Origin: Acidimicrobiales bacterium
GTDB taxonomy: Bacteria > Actinomycetota > Acidimicrobiia > Acidimicrobiales > Iamiaceae
NCBI GenBank assembly: GCA_012513855.1
Contig: JAAZBK010000399.1
Location: forward strand, 1-49,451
Length of the DNA stretch: 49,451 bases
Direction of reading: 5' to 3'
A program made the translations under genes and the position numbers. This document shows, in pieces, positions 28,932-36,777 of this stretch (position 1 is its first letter; every line of letters starts with the position of its first letter). The notes beneath the pieces are model-generated. The model made no database searches. It was not told the origin of the DNA and saw nothing but the letters and a program-made list of their open reading frames with translations.

Positions 28932-29345
28932 TCAGACCTCTACGACTTGGATGAGATCGTCGAGTGCTCGGAAGTCGGCTCCGTTGCGGGTGTAGAGCGG
29001 AAGTTCGTTGGCGAGGGCGGTGGCGGCGATGAGGAGGTCGACCGCTCGTGCCCCGCGTGCTTTGCGACCCACGGCGCTCACCGCAGCGAACACCTGGCCG
29101 TAGGAGCGTGCCGCCGCATCGTCGAACGGGAGTGCGTGGAACGTGGCCTCGGTGCGCTGCAAGCGGTCCTGGCGTCGAGCTCGCTCCTGGGGATCGTCGG
29201 TGGCGTGGGGCCCGGCCGCCAGCTCCGCCATGGTCAGCGCGCTGACGGCGACCTCGAGAGGCAGCACGCCGGGATCGAGGTGCCCGAGGTCGATGAAGAC
29301 GGAGGTGTCGAGCAGGCCACGAGCGTGACGCTGGCGGTCAGGCAC
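28932..29345 (-). CDS. vapC: VapC PIN-domain toxin
   Basis: LLDTSVFI, TMAEL, LPFD, DLLIAATA, LYTRN..DF. Confidence 0.93.
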   Translation of the reverse strand: MPDRQRHARGLLDTSVFIDLGHLDPGVLPLEVAVSALTMAELAAGPHATDDPQERARRQDRLQRTEATFHALPFDDAAARSYGQVFAAVSAVGRKARGARAVDLLIAATALANELPLYTRNGADFRALDDLIQVVEV

Positions 29346-29592
29346 GGGGAGCGATGCTCTGGTCTGTCACCCGGTCGAGGTCAGCGCGGAGGCGGTCGCC
29401 GTCGACCGCTGGCGCTCCGCGGAACATCGCCGTCACGACGTCTACGTTCACGAACTGCTGGCGGGGAAACGGAACGAGCTGGCCGACCGGTACGCCGTTG
29501 CGGGTGACCACGAAGTCCTGCCCGTCGTCGAGCGCTCGCATGATCTCTCCGCTCTGGTTCCGGAGCTCCCGTTGGGTGATCTCGCGCGCCAT
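29338..29592 (-). CDS. Phd/YefM-family antitoxin
   Basis: MAREITQRELRNQSGEIMRAL...VVTRNGVPVGQLVP; overlaps vapC; TACGCT 7 nt before ATG. Confidence 0.92.
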   Translation of the reverse strand: MAREITQRELRNQSGEIMRALDDGQDFVVTRNGVPVGQLVPFPRQQFVNVDVVTAMFRGAPAVDGDRLRADLDRVTDQSIAPRA

Positions 29593-29601
29593 GGAGGCGA
29601 G

Positions 29602-29619
29602 CGTAGCACGCGTGCGACG
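29602..29619. promoter_or_regulatory. Palindromic operator over the TA promoter
   Basis: cgt-a-gcacgcgtgc-g-acg (one mismatched pair) overlapping the minus-strand -10 TACGCT. Confidence 0.6.
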
Positions 29620-29667
29620 AAAGCAGGTGCTCGCTCCGGCATGGGGTCGTCGCCGTAGGCTCGCTGC

Positions 29668-30123
29668 GTGGCTGGCCGGGTGATGACGGTGACGTTCCGG
29701 CGCCAGGGCCGCGGGTGCGCCTGGACCGCGCTGCGGCCGCCGCGCTCGGTCGTGCCCGGACCGACCATGGCCGCTGGTGCCGACCTGCCGCACGACCTCT
29801 ACACGTTCGTGATCGAGGACGCGCTCGGGCTCGAGCGCGGGTTCTGGGGCTGCGTGGCGGCCGGGGCCACCTTCAAGACGCTCGGTCGCAAGCGGACGCC
29901 GCAGGGCAAGGCGGTGATCGCCGAGAACCTGCCCGAGCTGGAAGCCGCCGAGGCGCAGGTCAACGAGATCTACTTCGCGTGGCGCGACGGCAGGCCGACC
30001 GAGCTCGACGACGAGCTGGACGGGATGCTCGACCGGTGGCGGGCGCTCGACGACGGCGAGGAGCTGACGGTCGAGTGGGCCATCGACCGCTCCGGCCGGG
30101 GTGCCCGCCGCTCCCGACGGTGA
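29668..30123 (+). CDS. Hypothetical protein with LPHDL..FVIE..LGL..GFWG motif
   Basis: Host-like codon usage; TAGGCT 6 nt before GTG 29668. Confidence 0.75.
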   Translation: MAGRVMTVTFRRQGRGCAWTALRPPRSVVPGPTMAAGADLPHDLYTFVIEDALGLERGFWGCVAAGATFKTLGRKRTPQGKAVIAENLPELEAAEAQVNEIYFAWRDGRPTELDDELDGMLDRWRALDDGEELTVEWAIDRSGRGARRSRR

Positions 30124-30215
30124 GTCGATGACGGCGCTGGCCGGGCGCCGTGGGACGATGGCCGCCGGATGCTGCGGGCGAGCAGCCTCCACAGCCCTCA
30201 GGAGGACGAGCTGAC

Positions 30216-31079
30216 ATGACCGCACGGATGATGCCGGGCAAACCTGTGGCCGAGGCGGTGTTCGCCGACCTCGCGCCCCGGATCGCGGCGCTGGCGGCCG
30301 GTCGCACGCCGGGCCTGGGCACCATCTTGGTGGGCGACGACTCGGCCAGCGCCGGCTACATCCGCATGAAGATGGAGAAGGCCGAGTCGCTGGGCTTCAC
30401 GTCGCCCCACATCCACCTCCCACAGGAAGCCACCCAGGCCGACGTGCTGGCCGCCATAGGACAGATGAACGACGCCGACGACGTCGACGCCGTCCTGGTG
30501 CAGCACCCCACGCCACCCCAGATCGACTTCGACGCCGCCCTCCTGGCGCTCGACCCGGACAAGGACGTCGACGGCCTCCACCCGGTCAACATGGGCCGGC
30601 TCGCCCTCGGCATGCCCGGCCCCGTTCCGTGCACGCCAGCCGGCATCGAGGCGATCCTGGCCCACTACGAGGTCCCGGTCTCGGGTCGCGAGGTCTGCAT
30701 CCTGGGCCGTGGCACCACGCTCGGGAGGCCGCTGGCCCTGCTCCTGTCGCAGAAGCGCCCCACCGCCAACGCGGCGGTCACGGTGGTCCACACCGGGGTG
30801 CCGAACTGGGACGACTACACCCGTCGAGCCGGCATCGTCATCGCCGCGGCGGGGGTGCCGGGCATCCTCCAGCCCGAGCACATCACCCCCGGCGCCGTGG
30901 TGGTCGGCGGCGGTGTCCGCTACGAGGGCAAGAAGCTCCTGCCCGACGTCGACGAGCGCTGCGAGGAGGTGGCCGGATCCATCACCCCGCGGGTGGGCGG
31001 TGTCGGTCCCACCACCATCGCCATGCTCTTCCGAAACGCGGTCGAAGCCGCCGAACGTCGGGCCGGCGTCGCCAGCTGA
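30216..31079 (+). CDS. folD: Methylenetetrahydrofolate dehydrogenase/cyclohydrolase
   Basis: PGLGTILVG, KDVDGLHP, PCTP, ITPRVGGVGPTT; GGAGG upstream. Confidence 0.96.
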   Translation: MTARMMPGKPVAEAVFADLAPRIAALAAGRTPGLGTILVGDDSASAGYIRMKMEKAESLGFTSPHIHLPQEATQADVLAAIGQMNDADDVDAVLVQHPTPPQIDFDAALLALDPDKDVDGLHPVNMGRLALGMPGPVPCTPAGIEAILAHYEVPVSGREVCILGRGTTLGRPLALLLSQKRPTANAAVTVVHTGVPNWDDYTRRAGIVIAAAGVPGILQPEHITPGAVVVGGGVRYEGKKLLPDVDERCEEVAGSITPRVGGVGPTTIAMLFRNAVEAAERRAGVAS

Positions 31080-31127
31080 CGCTGTCCTGTCCCCCCGGTG
31101 GGGCACCCGGTACCATCTCGGTCCACC

Positions 31128-31994
31128 ATGACCCGGATCTCAGATCTCCTCGCCTCCGGCCCCACCTGGTCGTTCGAGTTCTTCCCGCCGAAGACGCCCG
31201 AGGGCATGGTCGCCCTGCACGACACGGTCGCCCAGCTGTCGGAGCTGGCTCCCGACTTCGTGTCGATCACCTACGGCGCGCTCGGGACCACCCGCTCCAC
31301 CACCCGCGACCTGGTGGTGAAGATCAACGACGAGCAGAGCTTTCCGGCCATGCCCCACCTCACCTGCGTGGGCCACACCCGCCAGGACCTCGTGTCTCTC
31401 CTGGAGGACTACCGGGCCTGCGGGGTGCACAACGTCCTCGCCCTGGCCGGTGATCCGCCCGCCGACGGCTCCGATCCCGGCGGCGACTTCACCTACGCCA
31501 GCGAGCTGGTCGACCTGGCCCACGAGGTCGACGGCTTCGCGGTGGCGGTCGCGGCGTTCCCCGAGATCCACCCACGGTCTCCCGATCGGGAGACCGACCG
31601 CCGCCAGCTCGCCGCCAAGCTCGGCCAGTCCGACTTCGGCATGACCCAGTTCTTCTGGGAGGTCGACCACTACCGGCGCATGGTCGACGAGCTGGCCGAC
31701 CTCGGCTGTGAGACCCCGATCCTGCCAGGGGTGATGCCGTTCGTGAACGTCGCCGGCACCCGGCGGATGTCGGCCATCAACAACTGCCACATCCCTGACC
31801 GGTTGCAGGAGCGCCTCGACGCGGTCGACGGCGACGCCGAGGCCACCCGCAAGCTCGGCGTCGAGGTCGCCACCGACCTGGTGGCCGAGCTGTTGGAGCT
31901 GGGAGTGCCCGGCATCCACCTCTACGCCATGAACCGGGCTCAGTCGATCACCGAGATCTACGGCAACCTCGGCCTCCGGCCCGACTCGCTGTAG
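31128..31994 (+). CDS. metF: Methylenetetrahydrofolate reductase
   Basis: SFEFFPPK, SITYGA, HLTC, LALAGD, TQFF, HLYAMNR. Confidence 0.95.
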   Translation: MTRISDLLASGPTWSFEFFPPKTPEGMVALHDTVAQLSELAPDFVSITYGALGTTRSTTRDLVVKINDEQSFPAMPHLTCVGHTRQDLVSLLEDYRACGVHNVLALAGDPPADGSDPGGDFTYASELVDLAHEVDGFAVAVAAFPEIHPRSPDRETDRRQLAAKLGQSDFGMTQFFWEVDHYRRMVDELADLGCETPILPGVMPFVNVAGTRRMSAINNCHIPDRLQERLDAVDGDAEATRKLGVEVATDLVAELLELGVPGIHLYAMNRAQSITEIYGNLGLRPDSL

Positions 31995-32018
31995 CTCTCC
32001 GGCCTGGCGACGCAGCGA

Positions 32019-32567
32019 TCAGGCCTGGCGACCCATCCGGGCCAGGACCTGTTCTTCGCGGGTGGCGCCCTGCGGCGCCTCGACGCCGGCCTTGGCGACC
32101 CCGGGCATGTAGAGGGCGGGGCCGAAGCCGTCCATGCCCTTGTCGAGCTGGTCCAGCTCCTCCCCGGTGAAGTGGGTCTCCTGGCCGGTGGCGGTGGCGA
32201 TGTCCCAGCGGTGGGCGACCATGTCGAACACGTAGAAGTCGCGGATCGTGTCGCCGATGGTCGTGGGCCCGAAGTGCCCGTCGTAGGGCGTGGCCATCAG
32301 GGCGTCGTCGGCGATGACGGGTTCGATGGCTGAGACGTGGGCGACCCACGCCTGGGCCGGGTCGACGTCGACGGTCGGGGCGTCGGGAAGGGCCACGCCC
32401 TTGCCCGCGAGGAACTCGCGTTGGGTGTCGATCATGTGGCTGACGACGTCGGCGGCGGTCCAGTCCTCACAGGGCGAGGGCGAGCTCCAGTTGGCGGAAG
32501 GAGCGGCGCTGATGACGTCTCGCAGCGGGCTCTCGGCCCGGCGGAAGGAATCGGTGAGGTTCGTCAT
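32019..32567 (-). CDS. TIGR03086 / mycothiol-dependent maleylpyruvate isomerase-like (DinB fold) metal-binding protein
   Basis: WSSPSPCEDWTAADVVSH, HRWDIATATG, C-terminal LARMGR; TATCGT 7 nt before ATG. Confidence 0.85.
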   Translation of the reverse strand: MTNLTDSFRRAESPLRDVISAAPSANWSSPSPCEDWTAADVVSHMIDTQREFLAGKGVALPDAPTVDVDPAQAWVAHVSAIEPVIADDALMATPYDGHFGPTTIGDTIRDFYVFDMVAHRWDIATATGQETHFTGEELDQLDKGMDGFGPALYMPGVAKAGVEAPQGATREEQVLARMGRQA

Positions 32568-32605
32568 GTGGCTCACGATACGAAGGTGCGGCACGCTCTG
32601 ACTTG

Positions 32606-33466
32606 ATGAAACCCGACAGTTCGGACCCGCAACGCACCGACGCCATCGAGCGGGCCCACCTGCGCCGCCCGGCCGACACCGCCAGCACGGTGCACCGCTA
32701 CGACGTCCAGGCGGAGCTGTCGGATCTGTTGCGTCGCTTCTGGATCCCGGTGTGGTCGGTTCCCGCCGGCCAGGAGTCGGCGCAACAGGTGCTCCAGTAC
32801 CCCGTGGCGTTGATGATCATCACCGCCGACTACGCCCGCTTCATGGGGGTGAGGACCGGCCTGTCGACCACCACCCTGGTCGGCGACGGGTTCGGTGTCG
32901 GTGTGATGTTCCAACCTGCTGCCGGATCTCTGATCAGCCGCGGTCCGATGACGGAGTGGGCCGACCGCCACGGCGATCTGAGCGAGGTGATGGGTGAGGA
33001 GGGCCACCGCCTGACCGACGAGGTGCGTGGCCTGATGTCGGACGATCCCTGGGCTGAGGGCTTGCACCGGGCGGCCATCGCCGTGGTCGAACGAGCGCTG
33101 GCCCGCTACCTCCCCGTCGACGACGAGGGACTGCTCGTGAACGACATCGTGCGGTTCGTCGAGGACCGAAGCGACGTGACCCGGGTGGCTCAGGTCTGCG
33201 ACGAGTACCACCTGTCGGAGCGCTCGCTGCAACGTCTCACCGCCAGGCGGCTCGGTCTCAACCCCAAGTGGCTCATCCAGCGCCGCCGCCTCCACGAAGC
33301 CGCCGACCGGCTCCGGGCCGGCACCGGATCGCTGGCCGACGTGGCTGCCGACCTGGGATACGCCGACCAGGCCCACCTCTCCCGCGACTGGCAGGCGGTC
33401 ACCGGCTACACCCCCGGCGAGTTCGCCCGGGAGTTCGGAACCGAAGGCCAGCCGGGGGTCCGGTGA
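32606..33466 (+). CDS. AraC-family transcriptional regulator
   Basis: SERSLQRL...GLNPKWL...LADVAADLGYADQAHLSRDW; divergent from the TIGR03086 gene. Confidence 0.92.
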   Translation: MKPDSSDPQRTDAIERAHLRRPADTASTVHRYDVQAELSDLLRRFWIPVWSVPAGQESAQQVLQYPVALMIITADYARFMGVRTGLSTTTLVGDGFGVGVMFQPAAGSLISRGPMTEWADRHGDLSEVMGEEGHRLTDEVRGLMSDDPWAEGLHRAAIAVVERALARYLPVDDEGLLVNDIVRFVEDRSDVTRVAQVCDEYHLSERSLQRLTARRLGLNPKWLIQRRRLHEAADRLRAGTGSLADVAADLGYADQAHLSRDWQAVTGYTPGEFAREFGTEGQPGVR

Positions 33467-33484
33467 CCATCGTGTTGACGTGAC

Positions 33485-33512
33485 CTCACGCAGCCGGGGC
33501 ACGGCGTGTGAG
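33485..33512. promoter_or_regulatory. NnaR-type inverted repeat upstream of nirB
   Basis: CTCACG-N16-TGTGAG; same arms as the 40759-40785 site; matches the CTCAC..GTGAG NnaR motif as I recall it from Streptomyces/Mycobacterium. Confidence 0.7.
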
Positions 33513-33560
33513 CGCTCGCACAGGTCGGCGGCGGATCGGCGCTGCGGCGTTAGCGGGGGC

Positions 33561-33603
33561 GTCACGCGTCCGTCGTCACCACGTGACAGCCCTTCGCTTG
33601 GAT
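33561..33603 (+). promoter_or_regulatory. GlnR-type a-sites and putative -10 of nirB
   Basis: GTCAC (33561) and GTGAC (33583) 22 bp apart, then N10-TTGGAT-N7-ATG; same spacing as the nnaR and nitrate reductase promoters. Confidence 0.45.
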
Positions 33604-33610
33604 GCTCGGC

Positions 33611-36289
33611 ATGGCAAGCGAACCCGGCACCACCACCGACACCTCCAGCGCCCGACTCGACCTCGTGGTCGTGGGCAACGGCATGGTCGGCCACAAGCTG
33701 CTCCAGGCCCTGGCCGACGCCGGTGCGCTCGAGCACGTGGCGGTCACCGTGCTGGGCGAGGAGATCCGTCCGGCGTACGACCGGGTGGGTCTGACGTCGT
33801 GGTTCGAGCGGCGTGACGCCGACGACCTGGCCCTAACCAGTCGTGAGTGGTTCACCGACCAGGGGATCGACCTGCACCTCGGAGACCCGGTGGCGGAGAT
33901 CGACCGTGATGCCAAGGTCGTTCGCACGGTCGGCGGCGCCGAGTTCTCCTACGACCGGCTGGTGCTGGCCACCGGGTCGGCTCCGTTCGTGCCGCCGATC
34001 CCAGGGGCGGAGGGACCCGACCGGTTCGTGTACCGGACCATCGAGGACCTCGAGGCCATCGCAGCCGCCGCCGACCGGCCCGAGGTGACCCGAGGGGTCG
34101 TGGTGGGTGGCGGCCTGCTCGGCCTGGAGGCCGCCAACGCCCTTCGCAAGCTCGGGCTCGACACCCACGTGTTGGAGATGGCGCCCGGCCTCATGCCGGT
34201 CCAGCTCGACGCTCGTGGCGGCGAGGTCCTGCGCAGCCACATCGAAGCACTCGGGGTCACCGTCCACACCGGCGTGTCGACCAGGTCGGTCGACGGCGAC
34301 GAGGGGGTCAGCCAGATCTCCTTCGCCGAAGGCGACCCGCTGCCCACCGACATCGTGGTCTTCTCGGCCGGCATCCGCCCCCGCGACCAGCTCGCCCGGG
34401 ACTGCGGCATCGAGGTCGGCGAGCGGGGCGGCATCGTGGTCGACGGCACCCTGAGCACCTCCGATCCGGCCATCTCGGCCATCGGTGAGTGCGCCCTGTT
34501 CGAAGGCCGGATCTACGGCCTGGTCGCTCCCGGCTACACGATGGCCAGGGTGCTGGCCGCCCACCTGGGCGCTCAGGCCCTCGGCGCCCCTGCCCCCGAC
34601 GACGCCTTCACCCCGGCCGACATGTCCACCAAGCTCAAGCTCCTCGGCGTCGACGTCGCCAGCCTCGGCGACCCGCACGCCGACCGAACCGACCCGGACA
34701 CCCGGGCGCTCGTCTGGGATGACCCGGTGGCCGGCACCTACGAGAAGCTCGTGGTGTCAGCCGACGGCTCGCGAGCGCTCGGTGCTGTCCTGGTCGGGGA
34801 CGCCTCGGCGTACTCGACGCTCCTACAGGTGATCACCGGGACCAGCCCGGTCCCCGACGAGCCCGCGCTCCTCCTGGCCCGCGGTCCACAGCAGGGCAAC
34901 GGCGGGGGAGCCTCGGGACTGGCGGCGCTGCCGGCCGAAGCCGTGATCTGCAGCTGCGAGAACGTCACCAAGGGGAGCATCGAGGACGCGGTCGCCTCCG
35001 GGTGCTCCGACCTCGACGCCCTCAAGTGCTCCACCAAGGCCGGCACCGGATGCGGTGGCTGCGTCCCCCAGGTGACGGCGCTCATGAACGACGCGCTGCG
35101 CCGGGCCGGCGTGGAGGTCTCCACCGACCTGTGCCCGCACTTCGCCCACACCCGGGCCGACCTCTTCGACCTGGTGCGAATCAACGGCATGACCTCCTTC
35201 GCCGAGGTGCTGGAGGCCTACGGATCCGGAGCCGGTTGCGACATCTGCAAGCCCACGGTCGGCTCGATCCTGGCCACGGTGGTGAACGAGCACATCCTCG
35301 ACGGAGATCGCGCCGCCATCCAGGACACCAACGACCGGTTCCTGGCCAACATGCAGAAGGACGGCACCTACTCGGTGGTCCCCCGGGTGCCGGGCGGTGA
35401 GATCACACCGGAGAAGCTGATCGTGATCGGCGAGGTCGCCCGCGACTTCGACCTCTACACCAAGATCACCGGCGGCCAGCGCATCGACCTGTTCGGCGCC
35501 ACCGTCGACCAGCTTCCGGTGATCTGGAAGCGGCTCGTCGATGCGGGCTTCGAATCGGGCCACGCCTACGGCAAGTCGCTGCGGACCGTGAAGTCGTGCG
35601 TGGGTGAGACGTGGTGCCGCTACGGCGTCCAGGACTCGACGGCCATGGCCATCCTCCTGGAGGATCGCTACAAGGGCCTGCGTTCGCCGCACAAGATCAA
35701 GATGGCCGTGTCGGGCTGCGCCCGGGAGTGCGCCGAAGCCCAGAGCAAGGACGTCGGCGTCATCGCCACCGAGCGGGGCTGGAACCTGTACGTGGGCGGC
35801 AACGGCGGCAAGCAGCCCCGCCACGCCGACCTGCTGGCGGAGGACCTGTCGGACGACGAGCTGGTCAGGGCGATCGACCGCTACCTCATGTACTACGTGC
35901 GCACCGCCGACCGGCTTCAGCGCACCAGTACCTGGGTCGAGGGCCTCGAGGGCGGTCTCGACCGGCTGCGTGCGGTGATCTTCGACGACGTGCTGGGCGT
36001 GGCCGCCGAGCTCGACGCGGCGATCGCCCACCACCTCGACACCTACGAGTGCGAGTGGGCGGCCACGCTGGAGCGCCCGGAGCGCCTGGCCCGCTTCACC
36101 ACCTTCGTCAACGCACCGAGGGTCGCGGATCCCACGATCTCGTTCGTGAAGGAGCGGGGTCAGATCCGCCCGGGCACGAAGGTGCTGGCCGGCGCAGTCC
36201 CGTCAGATGGCGCCGCCGGCGTCGACGGTGTGCCCGTCATCGTCCGTTCCAAGAGCCAAGAGCTCGATCTCGTGAAGGTGGAAGCATGA
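33611..36289 (+). CDS. nirB: NADH-dependent nitrite reductase large subunit
   Basis: GNGMVG, ATGS, GGGLLGLE, CSCEN, CGGC, CDICKP, TGGQRIDL, KSCVGETWCRYG, SGCARECAE. Confidence 0.97.
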   Translation: MASEPGTTTDTSSARLDLVVVGNGMVGHKLLQALADAGALEHVAVTVLGEEIRPAYDRVGLTSWFERRDADDLALTSREWFTDQGIDLHLGDPVAEIDRDAKVVRTVGGAEFSYDRLVLATGSAPFVPPIPGAEGPDRFVYRTIEDLEAIAAAADRPEVTRGVVVGGGLLGLEAANALRKLGLDTHVLEMAPGLMPVQLDARGGEVLRSHIEALGVTVHTGVSTRSVDGDEGVSQISFAEGDPLPTDIVVFSAGIRPRDQLARDCGIEVGERGGIVVDGTLSTSDPAISAIGECALFEGRIYGLVAPGYTMARVLAAHLGAQALGAPAPDDAFTPADMSTKLKLLGVDVASLGDPHADRTDPDTRALVWDDPVAGTYEKLVVSADGSRALGAVLVGDASAYSTLLQVITGTSPVPDEPALLLARGPQQGNGGGASGLAALPAEAVICSCENVTKGSIEDAVASGCSDLDALKCSTKAGTGCGGCVPQVTALMNDALRRAGVEVSTDLCPHFAHTRADLFDLVRINGMTSFAEVLEAYGSGAGCDICKPTVGSILATVVNEHILDGDRAAIQDTNDRFLANMQKDGTYSVVPRVPGGEITPEKLIVIGEVARDFDLYTKITGGQRIDLFGATVDQLPVIWKRLVDAGFESGHAYGKSLRTVKSCVGETWCRYGVQDSTAMAILLEDRYKGLRSPHKIKMAVSGCARECAEAQSKDVGVIATERGWNLYVGGNGGKQPRHADLLAEDLSDDELVRAIDRYLMYYVRTADRLQRTSTWVEGLEGGLDRLRAVIFDDVLGVAAELDAAIAHHLDTYECEWAATLERPERLARFTTFVNAPRVADPTISFVKERGQIRPGTKVLAGAVPSDGAAGVDGVPVIVRSKSQELDLVKVEA

Positions 36290-36663
36290 TGTCCCGTTGG
36301 ATCCGAGTGGTTCCGACCGACGACCTGATCGAGGGTCGCGGCGTGTGCGGCCTGGTGGGCGAGTCCTGCGTCGCCGTGTTCCGCCTCCCCGGCGGCAGCT
36401 TCGCGGCGGTCGGGGGGATCGATCCCCGTAGCGGGGCGAACGTGATGGCCCACGGGCTCACCGGGTCGGTGGAGGTCGACGGCCAGGACGTGGCGTTCGT
36501 GGCCTCACCCCTCGACAAGCACCGCTACCGCCTGGACACCGGCGATGCACTGGCTTCCGACGAGCCCGGCCTCGGCTGCTGGCCGTTCCGGGTGGTCGAT
36601 GACATCGTCGAGGTCGCCGCGGCCGTCGGAGAGTGGGTCGCCCCCGGGCCCGTGGTCGGCTGA
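36286..36663 (+). CDS. nirD: Nitrite reductase small subunit
   Basis: ATGA overlap with nirB; VAVFR, DPRSGANVMAHGL, VASPLDKHRYRLDTG. Confidence 0.92.
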   Translation: MMSRWIRVVPTDDLIEGRGVCGLVGESCVAVFRLPGGSFAAVGGIDPRSGANVMAHGLTGSVEVDGQDVAFVASPLDKHRYRLDTGDALASDEPGLGCWPFRVVDDIVEVAAAVGEWVAPGPVVG

Positions 36664-36777
36664 GGGCCACGCCGCCGCGCTCGCTCGTGACGGGCCACGG
36701 GAGCAGGGAGCTCGGGGTCGCTGATCGACTTTCGGCACGAGCCCACACCGCATGCCCCTACACTTCTTTCCCGTTCG

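Noticed and set aside
28785-30215. IS element or prophage remnant around vapBC
   Set aside because: No transposase, integrase, terminal inverted repeats or target duplication found.
36286-36663. NirD as a degenerate Rieske pseudogene
   Set aside because: Lack of cluster ligands is normal for this NirD type, and the ORF is intact.
36664-36777. RiPP precursor next to the radical SAM gene
   Set aside because: No short ORF with a credible start, RBS and leader/core composition here or in 39442-39602.
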